Virus record (IMG/VR): IMGVR_UViG_3300048577_000445
Span: 1 to 37,610 of that record
Direction: 5' to 3' (one strand)
Length of the DNA: 37,610 nucleotides
Source: a virus
Lineage: Duplodnaviria; Caudoviricetes
Positions 17,015 to 24,767 of this stretch are shown one piece after another. The notes beneath the pieces were generated by a model. That model saw only the letters and a list, made by a program, of their open reading frames with translations, made no database searches and was not told the DNA's origin. The translations under genes and the position numbers were made by a program. Position 1 is the stretch's first letter; every line of letters begins with the position of its first letter.

Positions 17015-18369
17015 TGGCCGAGCGGTTCAATCTGGACGTCGGGCCAGACCCGGCGGCCGTCGCCTTCCTGGCGGGCAAGGGCGTGCAGCGGTCCTGGCGC
17101 TGGCCCTCGCTCTGGCGCGAGCAGCACGCCACCGCCTTCACCCTTGCCGGCGTCTGGCGTTTGGACGTGATCGCCGCGGCCCAGGAGCTGACCACCAAAG
17201 CGGTGGCTGCGGGTGAAACCTACGAGATGTTCCAGGCCGGCTTCGCCGAGCGCCTGGCCAAGCTGGGCTTCGCCGGCCGCCAGGTGGTGGAGGAATTCCC
17301 CGAGGGCCGCCGGATCGTCAACCTGTCCGCCCCCTGGCGGAGCCGGGTCATCTACGACACCAATGTGCGCCAGGCCTATGCGGCGGCGGAATGGACCGCC
17401 ATCGAGGAGACCAAGGCCACCTTCCCGGCGCTCATGTATCTGGGCGTGCGCGATGAGCGGACCCGGGCGTCTCATGCCCAGTTCTTCGGAATCGTCCTGC
17501 CGGTCGACCACCCGTTCTGGCGCACGCACTTCCCGCCCAACGACTGGTACTGCCGCTGCTTCGTGATCCAGGTCTCGGTCGATGACCTGGCCAGCGGGGC
17601 GGTCGCGCTCACCTCGGAGGCCGAGCTGGCCGCCATGGGCTACAATCCAGACCCCACCACCTGGCCGGAATGGCGCCACGAAAGAACCGGCCGCACGGCC
17701 CGCACGCCCCCCGGCATCGGCCCGGGCTTCGCCTATAACGCCGGGCAGAGCCGCCGGCAGAACCTCGGCGAGCTGCTGGGCCGGCGGATCGAAACCCTGT
17801 CTGCAGAGCAGGCCCGCGCCGCCTCAGCCGACCTCACCGCCCTGCCGCAGTTCACCGACCTGGTGGAAGACGCGGTGAAGCTCGGCCAGGCTCGCGCCGC
17901 CCTGGTCTCCCGGGAAGCATCTGGCCTGCTGGCCGCGGGCCTTGGGCATGACGCCGCGACGCGGCTGGCGAAGGCCAAGGCCGACGCCCAACAGCCCTTT
18001 CCGGCGACCAGCTGGCCGTTGGCGGTCGCCCCGGCCGAGCCGGCGTTCGACGGCGCGCGCCTGGTGGTGGTCAACGCCTCGGCCATCGGTCACTCGGCCG
18101 ACCAGCATCCGACGACGGCCGAGGACTGGGGTCGGGTGCGCCGCCTGCTGGAAGATGGCGAGGTCTGGCGGGCGTCCGCCGGCGAGCTGACCCTGCTGGG
18201 TCGCTTCGCAGATCCTGAGGGACCGCGCCTCTGGGCTCTGGGACTGAAGCTCACGGACGGCGCCTGGCGCGTCCGCACCCTCTTTCCGACGTCGCCCCGC
18301 CGGCGGGTGCGTTTCGCCAGGCAGGGGCGCGCCATCGTGCGCAATGGCCGTGGGGAGATGGCGCCTTGA
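17014..18369 (+). CDS. MuF (gp30) minor head protein with C-terminal extension
   Basis: IYDTNVRQAY, Y.GVRDERTR.SH, DHPFW..HFPPNDWYCRC MuF motifs, PGFAYNAG, then ~200 aa extension. Confidence 0.9.
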   Translation: MAERFNLDVGPDPAAVAFLAGKGVQRSWRWPSLWREQHATAFTLAGVWRLDVIAAAQELTTKAVAAGETYEMFQAGFAERLAKLGFAGRQVVEEFPEGRRIVNLSAPWRSRVIYDTNVRQAYAAAEWTAIEETKATFPALMYLGVRDERTRASHAQFFGIVLPVDHPFWRTHFPPNDWYCRCFVIQVSVDDLASGAVALTSEAELAAMGYNPDPTTWPEWRHERTGRTARTPPGIGPGFAYNAGQSRRQNLGELLGRRIETLSAEQARAASADLTALPQFTDLVEDAVKLGQARAALVSREASGLLAAGLGHDAATRLAKAKADAQQPFPATSWPLAVAPAEPAFDGARLVVVNASAIGHSADQHPTTAEDWGRVRRLLEDGEVWRASAGELTLLGRFADPEGPRLWALGLKLTDGAWRVRTLFPTSPRRRVRFARQGRAIVRNGRGEMAP

Positions 18370-18378
18370 GGGGGGAGT

Positions 18379-18464
18379 GCGGCGGCCGCGGGTACGCGAC
18401 CTTCCCGAATCGAAGGGCCGCCCGAAGGCCGCCCGACCAGCTGCACGGTTGACTCAGCCGCCGC
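18379..18464 (-). ncRNA. Predicted structured small RNA convergent on MuF
   Basis: 8-bp terminal stem GCGGCGGC/GCCGCCGC, GAGUC/GAUUC helix, GGGC-G-GCC-UUCG-GGC-G-GCCC hairpin; -10-like TAGATT (18476-18471) 7 nt before first base; manual folding only. Confidence 0.55.
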
Positions 18465-18580
18465 CCCTGAAATCTAGGCGAGGACCGCTCGGAAAGCCAG
18501 GGGCAAGGACATCGCCCAGGAGGCCTGGAGAGCCCCAGGGCGCGCCTGAGGCCGCCGGAGGCCGGCGATGCGGCCCCTGA

Positions 18581-18611
18581 GGCGTTCGAGGGCGTTCGAG
18601 GCGTGTTCGAG
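18581..18611. repeat. Three phased GTTCGAG direct repeats
   Basis: GGCGTTCGAG GGCGTTCGAG GCGTGTTCGAG, period 10-11 bp. Confidence 0.8.
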
Positions 18612-18655
18612 AGGGGCAGGCCCGGGTGCGGGAGCGGCCGGCGGGTGATTGGCCG

Positions 18656-18703
18656 GTGCGGACAGCTGTCCGGGGCTACAGGCGGGGGCGAGGCCTTGAA
18701 GAT
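18656..18703 (+). promoter_or_regulatory. Putative activator-dependent late promoter 2 (head/tail operon)
   Basis: GTGCGGACAGCTGTCCGGGGCTAC with perfect palindrome CGGACAGCTGTCCG (18659-18672); -10-like GAAGAT at 18698-18703, same offset as copy 1. Confidence 0.75.
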
Positions 18704-18709
18704 GGCCTC

Positions 18710-19765
18710 ATGCATCGCACCTTGTCCATCCCGGAGAGTCGTCATGTAGCCGCCGCCACGGCGCGGGCCCTTCTGGCCTGCGCCAGCGCCGCTGCAGCCG
18801 TCGCCTATGGCGCCGGGATCGAGGTCTCGCTGGCCCGGTCGGCTGATGAGGCGCCGCCCGAGTGGGTGCAGGTCTTCCCGGAGGGGCCTGAGGTCCTGGC
18901 CCGCGACGGCCGCAAGTGGACCCTGACGGACCCGGCCGCCCTGGTGGCGGCGTTCGCGGCCAACCAGGCCGACATCCCCCTGGACATCGAGCACGCCTCG
19001 GAGATCCGCGCCCCGAAGGGCGAGGACGCCCCGGCCCAGGGCTGGATCAAGGCCGTGGCGCACCGCCCCGGCCAGGGGGTCTTCGTCCAGATCGACTGGA
19101 CGCCGGCCGGCGAGGCCGCCTGGCGCGCCAAGAGCTACCGCTACGTTTCCCCGGCCTTCCGTCACACGCAGGCGGGCGAGATCCTCGCCCTGTCGTCGGT
19201 GGCGCTGGTCACCCGCCCAGCCCTCTACGTCCCGGCGCTCGCCCGGGCCGAGGGCCAATCTCTCCAGGACCCATCCATGAGCCTGCTCACCCGGCTGGCC
19301 GCCGCCCTCGGGCTTGCGGCCACCACCACTGAAGACGACCTGGTGACCGCGGTCACCACCCAGACGGCGCTCGCCGCCGACGCCCGCAATCCCGAGAAGT
19401 TCGTGCCGGCCGCCGACCTGCAGACCGCCCTGGCCCGGGCCACCACGGCCGAGGGCAAGCTGGCCGAGATCGAGACGGCGGCCCTGACCGCGAAGGCGAC
19501 CGCCAAGGTCGACGAGGCCATCGCCGCCGGCAAGCTCGCCCCGGCCAGCCGGGAACACTGGCTCTCCATCGCCCAGGCCAATGGCGAGGCCTTCGACAAG
19601 GCGATCGCCAGCATGCCGGCCGTCCTCGACCCCACCAAGACCGGCAAGACGCCGGAGGCGGCCGAGGCCGAGGCCGATGGGCTCACCCCTGCCCAGGTGG
19701 CGCTCTGCGCCTCGCTGGGCGTCGACACCAAGGCCTTCGCGGCCACCCTGAAGGAGCAAGCCTGA
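18710..19765 (+). CDS. Mu gpI-like prohead protease with C-terminal scaffold
   Basis: PEWVQVFPEG, RDGRKW, IPLDIEHA, APAQGWI, YRYVSPAF, VALVTRPAL; start placed at ATG 18710 downstream of the promoter. Confidence 0.92.
   Translation: MHRTLSIPESRHVAAATARALLACASAAAAVAYGAGIEVSLARSADEAPPEWVQVFPEGPEVLARDGRKWTLTDPAALVAAFAANQADIPLDIEHASEIRAPKGEDAPAQGWIKAVAHRPGQGVFVQIDWTPAGEAAWRAKSYRYVSPAFRHTQAGEILALSSVALVTRPALYVPALARAEGQSLQDPSMSLLTRLAAALGLAATTTEDDLVTAVTTQTALAADARNPEKFVPAADLQTALARATTAEGKLAEIETAALTAKATAKVDEAIAAGKLAPASREHWLSIAQANGEAFDKAIASMPAVLDPTKTGKTPEAAEAEADGLTPAQVALCASLGVDTKAFAATLKEQA
19277..19765 (+). CDS. Internal in-frame scaffolding protein (Mu gpZ-like)
   Basis: AGGA RBS then ATG (MSLLTRLAAALGL) immediately after the protease domain. 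Confidence 0.6.
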   Translation: MSLLTRLAAALGLAATTTEDDLVTAVTTQTALAADARNPEKFVPAADLQTALARATTAEGKLAEIETAALTAKATAKVDEAIAAGKLAPASREHWLSIAQANGEAFDKAIASMPAVLDPTKTGKTPEAAEAEADGLTPAQVALCASLGVDTKAFAATLKEQA

Positions 19766-19766
19766 G

Positions 19767-20165
19767 ATGGCCGCCCAGTCTGACAACCGCCGCGTTGAGC
19801 GCATCGACGGCTACCGTCGCAGCCTGCCGGTCAAGGCCAACGCCGTCTGCTTCCAGGGCGCCCTCGCCGTCATGAGCGGCGCCGTGGTCCAGCCGGGCGC
19901 GGTCGCCGCCAACCTGCGCACGGTCGGCATCTTCGAGGCCTACGCCAAGGGCGGCGCCGCCGACGGGGCCGTTGAGGCGACCGTGGTGCGCGGCACCTAC
20001 AAGTTCGCCAATGACGGCGCGGCCGCGGTCACCGCCGCCCACATCGGATCGCCCTGCTACGTGCTGGACGATCAGACCGTCTCGTCCTCCCACGACACCA
20101 ACGCCCGCTCCATCGCCGGCATCGTCTTCGATGTCGACAGCGATGGCGTGTGGGTCACGATCTAA
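19767..20165 (+). CDS. Putative capsid decoration protein
   Basis: Between protease and capsid; CYVLDDQTV and AG.VFDVDSDGVWV motifs. Confidence 0.75.
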   Translation: MAAQSDNRRVERIDGYRRSLPVKANAVCFQGALAVMSGAVVQPGAVAANLRTVGIFEAYAKGGAADGAVEATVVRGTYKFANDGAAAVTAAHIGSPCYVLDDQTVSSSHDTNARSIAGIVFDVDSDGVWVTI

Positions 20166-20177
20166 GGAACGCGCCGC

Positions 20178-21062
20178 ATGAGCCGCCCCATCACCGCCGC
20201 CCTCCTGGCGGACCTCTTCACCGGCCACAAGACCAACTTCCGCAGCGGGTTTGCGGGCGTCAGCTCGCTCGCCCTGCAGGTGGCCACCAAGATCACTTCG
20301 AGCACGGGTACTGAGAAGTACGACTGGCTGGGCGAGTGGCCGCGCATCCGCAAGTGGATCGGCGATCGCGTCGTCAAGGAGCTGACGGCTCACGGCTACT
20401 CGATCGAGAACGAGGACTACGAGTCCACCATCAAGGTGAAGCGCAAGCACATCGAGGACGATCAGCTCGGGATCTACGGGCCGATGTTCCAAGAGCTCGG
20501 GCGGACGACGGCGATTTTCCCCGACGAGCTCGTGTTCGCCCTTCTGGCGGCCGGCTTCGCCACCAAGTGCTACGATGGTCAGCCCTTCTTCGATGATGAG
20601 CACCCTGTCGCGGACGGCGTCGCGTCGAACATGCAGGCCGGCGCTGGCGCTGCCTGGTACCTGCTGGACACCACCCGGGCGCTGAAGCCCCTCATCTATC
20701 AGGAGCGTCGGGCCTTCGACCTGGTCGGCCTGGACGATCCCAAGGACCCCAACGTCTTCTGGCGCGCCGAGTATGTGTATGGCGTCGATGGCCGGTCGGC
20801 CGCCGGGTACGGCTTCTGGCAGATGGCTTTCGCCTCCAAGGCGGCCCTGAGCGCTGAAAACTACGAGGCGGCCCGGAGCGCCATGGGCAGCCTGAAAGAT
20901 GACGAGGGCAAGCCCCTCGGCATCCGGCCCAACCTGCTGGTGGTGCCGCCCTCGCTCGAGGGCGCCGGCCGCCGGCTGCTCAAGTCGACCCTGGTGAACG
21001 GCGGCGAGAGCAACGAGTGGGAAGGCTCGGCCGAGCTGCTCGTCGTGCCGCACCTGGCCTGA
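20178..21062 (+). CDS. Major capsid protein (Mu gpT-like)
   Basis: Y.WLG..P..R.WIGDR, IEDDQLG.Y, CYDGQPFFD.EHPV, KPLIYQER, GYGFWQMA, LGIRP..LVVP. Confidence 0.95.
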   Translation: MSRPITAALLADLFTGHKTNFRSGFAGVSSLALQVATKITSSTGTEKYDWLGEWPRIRKWIGDRVVKELTAHGYSIENEDYESTIKVKRKHIEDDQLGIYGPMFQELGRTTAIFPDELVFALLAAGFATKCYDGQPFFDDEHPVADGVASNMQAGAGAAWYLLDTTRALKPLIYQERRAFDLVGLDDPKDPNVFWRAEYVYGVDGRSAAGYGFWQMAFASKAALSAENYEAARSAMGSLKDDEGKPLGIRPNLLVVPPSLEGAGRRLLKSTLVNGGESNEWEGSAELLVVPHLA

Positions 21063-21071
21063 GGCTGACCC

Positions 21072-21344
21072 ATGGCCAAGGCCCCCCGCGCCCAGAAGGC
21101 GCCCACCTCAACCCAACCGGCGGCTGCGGCCGCCGGTTCTCAATCCCCAGAAGGGGCGGCTGGCGCCGCCGCCGGGGCCGATGGCGAGCCGTTGCTGATC
21201 ACGGCCCGCTCCCGAGACGGCCAGGCCTACCGCCGTGGCGGGGTGGTCTGGACGGGGACGTTCGCGCCCCAGCTGGTCGCCGCCGACCGGGTCGACCGCG
21301 TCTGGGGGGACCCGCACCTCGAGATCGAGGGCGAAGCCCGATGA
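21072..21344 (+). CDS. HI1506/Mu gp35-like protein
   Basis: ITARS...YRRGG..W...DPHLEI motif after capsid gene. Confidence 0.7.
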   Translation: MAKAPRAQKAPTSTQPAAAAAGSQSPEGAAGAAAGADGEPLLITARSRDGQAYRRGGVVWTGTFAPQLVAADRVDRVWGDPHLEIEGEAR

Positions 21345-21757
21345 CCTTCGCCACGGTCGAAGACCTGACCCTGCGTTTCGGCGTTGAGGAGCTGCGACTC
21401 CTCAGCGACCGACATGGCGCGGGTGAGACGGACTCGGCCGTGGTCGAGGCCATGCTCGAGGACGCCGACGCCGAGATCGTCAGCCTGATCGGCCATGCGG
21501 TGGCCATCGACGCCGCCAACCCGCCGCGCAATCTGCGCCGGATCTCCGGCGATATCGCCCGCTATAGGCTCTACGGCGCCAACCCGCCCGAGGCGGTGCG
21601 CAAGAACTATGAGGACGCGCTCGCCTTCCTGCGCAGGGTCGCCGACGGCAAGGCGACCCTGGACGGCGGGGCCATCGCGCCTGTCCAGGCCGTCGCCTCG
21701 CCCCGGCCGGCCGCCACCGAGCCGGGCGTGCGGATCTTCCGGCGAGGCCTGTCGTGA
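21341..21757 (+). CDS. Head-tail adaptor (DUF1320, Mu gp36)
   Basis: FATVEDL..RFG..EL..LSD, DA.AEI, DIARYRL, YEDA..FL..VADGK..L. Confidence 0.9.
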   Translation: MTFATVEDLTLRFGVEELRLLSDRHGAGETDSAVVEAMLEDADAEIVSLIGHAVAIDAANPPRNLRRISGDIARYRLYGANPPEAVRKNYEDALAFLRRVADGKATLDGGAIAPVQAVASPRPAATEPGVRIFRRGLS

Positions 21758-22248
21758 GCGGGATCACCTTTCGCTACAGCCTGGATGACGCCGACGCCCG
21801 CGCCCAGCTGCGCGGCGCCCGGGATCGCGGTCTCGACCTGAGGCCCGGCTGGCGCGCTGTCGGCCAGGCCGGGGTCGCCCAGACCCGCCGCCGCTTCCTG
21901 TCGGGCGTCGGCCCGGACGGCGCGCCCTGGAAGAAGGGCCACAAGCCGAGCGGCCAGACTCTGATCGCCAGCGGCCTGCTGCTGCGCTCGATCCGGGTGG
22001 CGAAGGTCGCTCAGGACGGCGTCGAATGGGGTTCGAACCGCATTTATGCGGCCATTCACCAGCTGGGCGGCGTGATCCGCCCGGTCAACGGCAAGGCCCT
22101 GCGGTTCAGGATCGCCGGCGGCTTCGTCACCGTGAAGTCGGTCACCATCCCGGCGAGGCCCTATCTCGGCGCCAATCAACAGGACATGGCGGCCTTCGCC
22201 CAGATCCTGCTGCGGCATATCGCCGGCCCGATCGGGGAGGCCGGCTGA
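21754..22248 (+). CDS. Virion morphogenesis protein (Mu gpG / tail completion S family)
   Basis: RRRF....PDG.PW, L..SG.L.RSI, GSN..YAAIHQLGG, IPARPYLG. Confidence 0.9.
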   Translation: MSGITFRYSLDDADARAQLRGARDRGLDLRPGWRAVGQAGVAQTRRRFLSGVGPDGAPWKKGHKPSGQTLIASGLLLRSIRVAKVAQDGVEWGSNRIYAAIHQLGGVIRPVNGKALRFRIAGGFVTVKSVTIPARPYLGANQQDMAAFAQILLRHIAGPIGEAG

Positions 22249-22694
22249 TGGACCTGCTGGCTCTGACCCCCGTCATCGATCGCCTGAAGGCCGTCGCCAG
22301 CGGCCTGCGCCAGGTGGGCGCCGCCGCCGACCTGGCCGCCGGCATGAAGCCTGGCGGCATGACCGCCAGCCCCTCGGCCTTTGTCATCCTCACCGGGGCC
22401 GAGCCCTTCGAGGTGGCGGAAGGCTCTGGTCCCCTGCGCCAGACCTTCGAGGTCACCCTGACCGTCCTGGTGGGGGTGAACCTGGCCGGGGCTAAGGGCG
22501 AGGCCGGCCTCGAAAAGCTGGAGACGCCCGTACGCGAAGTCCGGCGCGCCCTGTTCGGCTGGAGCCACCCGGACGCCGAGATCAAGTTCCGCTCCGGCGG
22601 CGAGGGCGTCGAGGAGTTCGACGCCAAGACGGGCGTCCTTCTCTACCGCCTCGACTTCACCACCCGCGTCCGACTGCTGGAGACCTATTCGTGA
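22248..22694 (+). CDS. Tail terminator-like protein (Mu gp37-like)
   Basis: VIDRLK, VGAAADLA, PSAFV, VRRALFGW.HP pattern; position before tube. Confidence 0.75.
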   Translation: MDLLALTPVIDRLKAVASGLRQVGAAADLAAGMKPGGMTASPSAFVILTGAEPFEVAEGSGPLRQTFEVTLTVLVGVNLAGAKGEAGLEKLETPVREVRRALFGWSHPDAEIKFRSGGEGVEEFDAKTGVLLYRLDFTTRVRLLETYS

Positions 22695-22960
22695 CCGCAA
22701 AGTCCAGGCGCGCCCCTGCGCGCGACAAGTTCAACCCGGCCGCCCCGCCGCAGCTGCCGGCGGCGAGCGCCCTGGCCATGGCCGCGGCCTGCGCGGCGGC
22801 GGGCGCACCGACCCCGCCGCAGATCCAGGCGCAGCTGGACGCCGCCGGCGGCCTGGTCGCCCCGGCAGCTCCGGCGGCTCCGTCCGAACAAGCGGCGCCC
22901 GCCGCGTCCCCCGAAACCCAGCCGAGCGCCCCTGAGGCCTCGGAAGCCACGGAAGCCTGA
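22691..22960 (+). CDS. Small Ala/Pro-rich hypothetical protein
   Basis: GTG start after GGAG, fills gap between terminator and tube genes. Confidence 0.5.
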   Translation: MTAKSRRAPARDKFNPAAPPQLPAASALAMAAACAAAGAPTPPQIQAQLDAAGGLVAPAAPAAPSEQAAPAASPETQPSAPEASEATEA

Positions 22961-22961
22961 C

Positions 22962-23894
22962 ATGGCCGATCGCAAGCTCCTCCTGATCAAGACCGAAGCC
23001 ACCTATGGCGATGACGCCGAGGCCGCCGCCGCCAACGCCGTCTGGGCCGAGGAGGTCGCCTACCGCCCCATGGGCGAGGTGGTCTCCGGCACGCCGGCCA
23101 AGCCCGGCCTCGGGGCCACCCGCGGCTTCGTCTATGGCGAGCATGGCGAGCTGACCTTCGCCGTCCCCCTGGGCGGAGCGGCCGAGGCCGGCGTCGCGCC
23201 CAAGTGGGGCGAGCTGCTCAAGGCCTGCGGCTATGCCGAGACCATCGTCGCCGACACCTCGGTGACCTACGCCCTGGCGGCCTCGCCCTCGTCCAGCCCG
23301 TCGGTCTCGGTGGTCTGGCGGGAGGGCCGCCGGCTGCACAAGCTGGTGGGCGCCCGCGGCCGGGTGAGCTTCACCTTCGAAGAGGGCCAGCGCCCGCGCA
23401 TGAACGTGACCATCCGGGGCCTGCTGATCCCGGTGGCCGACGGGGCGGTCCTGGCGCCGGCCGACGCCAACTTCACCGGCTGGCTGGACGTGGGGCCCGT
23501 GTCCCAGGGCCGCACCACCTTCTCCATCGGCGGGGTGGAGCCGCCGCTGCGCAGCCTCACGGTAGAGCAGAGCGACAACCTGGTCTTCAGCGACCGGCCG
23601 AACCAGAAGTCGGTCGAGCTGGTGGGCGCGCGGACCTTCACCGGCCGCCTGCGGGTCGGCAGCCTACTCCCCAGCGAGCTGAGCTTCGAGGCCCTGCGCC
23701 TGGCCAACACGCTGTCGACCCTGGCGCTCGTCCACAACAACGTGGCCGGCCAGATCCTGACCCTGAACCTCAAGGCCGAGAACGGCATGCCGACCTATTC
23801 GGATGACCGGGGCCTGGACGTCACTGAGGTCGATCTCATGCCCAAGCCCTCGGGCCTGGCCGCCGACGACGAGGTCTCCCTCGTCCTGACCTGA
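22962..23894 (+). CDS. Major tail tube protein (non-contractile type)
   Basis: LLIKTEATYG.D, G.AP.WG.LLKACG, HKL.GARG motifs; 310 aa beta-rich; followed by chaperones and tape measure. Confidence 0.82.
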   Translation: MADRKLLLIKTEATYGDDAEAAAANAVWAEEVAYRPMGEVVSGTPAKPGLGATRGFVYGEHGELTFAVPLGGAAEAGVAPKWGELLKACGYAETIVADTSVTYALAASPSSSPSVSVVWREGRRLHKLVGARGRVSFTFEEGQRPRMNVTIRGLLIPVADGAVLAPADANFTGWLDVGPVSQGRTTFSIGGVEPPLRSLTVEQSDNLVFSDRPNQKSVELVGARTFTGRLRVGSLLPSELSFEALRLANTLSTLALVHNNVAGQILTLNLKAENGMPTYSDDRGLDVTEVDLMPKPSGLAADDEVSLVLT

Positions 23895-23901
23895 GGCCTG
23901 T

Positions 23902-23964
23902 GGCGGGGCCTTTGGGCCTCGCCCAGTCCGGGGCGCGCGGGGCATCACGCTCCGCGCGCTCTTT
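23902..23964 (+). terminator. Tandem hairpins after tail tube; second is terminator-like
   Basis: GGCGGGGCC-TTTG-GGCCTCGCC then GGGCGCGCGGGGC-ATCAC-GCTCCGCGCGCTC-TTT. Confidence 0.6.
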
Positions 23965-24003
23965 GCCCGCCAAACCCAGAGCCCCGCAGGGAGACCATGA
24001 TCC

Positions 24004-24351
24004 ATGGGCGCGAAATTCGACTTCAAGAGCCTCGAGCAGCCGCTCGAGGTGGACTGGCCTGTGTCCGTGCAGGTGCCGCAGGACGGCGGAACCTTCGAGG
24101 CCCAGACCTTCACCGCCCGCTTCCGGCTGATGGGCAAGGCCGAGACCGACGCCATGCTGGAGAAGATCCGCGCCGGCGAGATCACCGACCCCTATGCCTG
24201 GATCAACGCCTTCTGGCTGGGCCTGGGCAAGGGCGAGGCCGAAACCCTGTCCAGCGCCATGCGCGAGGAGATGCTGGGCCGCACCTATGTGCGCGAGGCG
24301 ATCGTGGCCGCCTACCAGGCCTGCGCTCGGACCGCGCCGGCAAAAAACTGA
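24004..24351 (+). CDS. Tail assembly chaperone (lambda gpG analogue)
   Basis: WPVSVQVPQDGG.F....F.ARF; ends AKN at slippery site. Confidence 0.82.
   Translation: MGAKFDFKSLEQPLEVDWPVSVQVPQDGGTFEAQTFTARFRLMGKAETDAMLEKIRAGEITDPYAWINAFWLGLGKGEAETLSSAMREEMLGRTYVREAIVAAYQACARTAPAKN
24342..24348 (+). other. -1 programmed ribosomal frameshift site A-AAA-AAC
   Basis: X-XXY-YYZ heptamer in frame just before the stop; -1 frame open to 24767. Confidence 0.85.
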
Positions 24352-24767
24352 CCGAGGCGGCCCGGCTGATCGCCACCGGCCGCCGGGCCGCCGCGGAGCT
24401 GACGCCGGAGGAGGTCGAGGACTTCGACGCCGACCTGGAAGCCTTCGGTGTCGCGCCCGACCAGCGCGCCCAGGCCCGGGCGGAGTTCGCCGGCATGGCC
24501 GCTCCGGATGAGGCCTTCGCGGTCTTCGCCGAGAACGTCCTGGCGGTGCGCCTGTTCATGGCGCTCTCCACCCAGTGGCGGATCACCAGCCTGTCGACCA
24601 TGAGCAGCGCCCAGCTGATCCAGACCGGCCTGGACTACCAGGTGGTGGAGACGACGGCGCGGCTCTCAGGCCTGGGCGAGATCGCCCCGGACGACTTCCA
24701 CCGCCTGCAGATCATGGAGGCCGAGGCCCTGGCGGCCTGGCGCGAAGACCGGAAGGCCCGGCGATGA
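24348..24767 (+). CDS. Frameshift extension of tail chaperone (gpT analogue, DUF1799-like)
   Basis: EN..AVRLF.ALSTQWR, TGLDY, LQIMEAEAL motifs; no own start; stop overlaps tape measure ATG. Confidence 0.82.
   Translation: MTEAARLIATGRRAAAELTPEEVEDFDADLEAFGVAPDQRAQARAEFAGMAAPDEAFAVFAENVLAVRLFMALSTQWRITSLSTMSSAQLIQTGLDYQVVETTARLSGLGEIAPDDFHRLQIMEAEALAAWREDRKARR

Noticed and set aside
18379-18464. tRNA gene or known self-cleaving ribozyme
   Set aside because: No canonical D/anticodon arms, no G53-C61 pair or CCA; no hammerhead CUGANGA/GAAA core or HDV-type topology found by eye
18344-18580. 78-aa plus-strand ORF after MuF as an immunity protein
   Set aside because: Arg/Pro/Gly low-complexity sequence, no clear RBS, overlaps the structured element; not protein-like
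18581-18611. CRISPR-like array
   Set aside because: Repeats are 7-10 bp with no spacers and no cas genes
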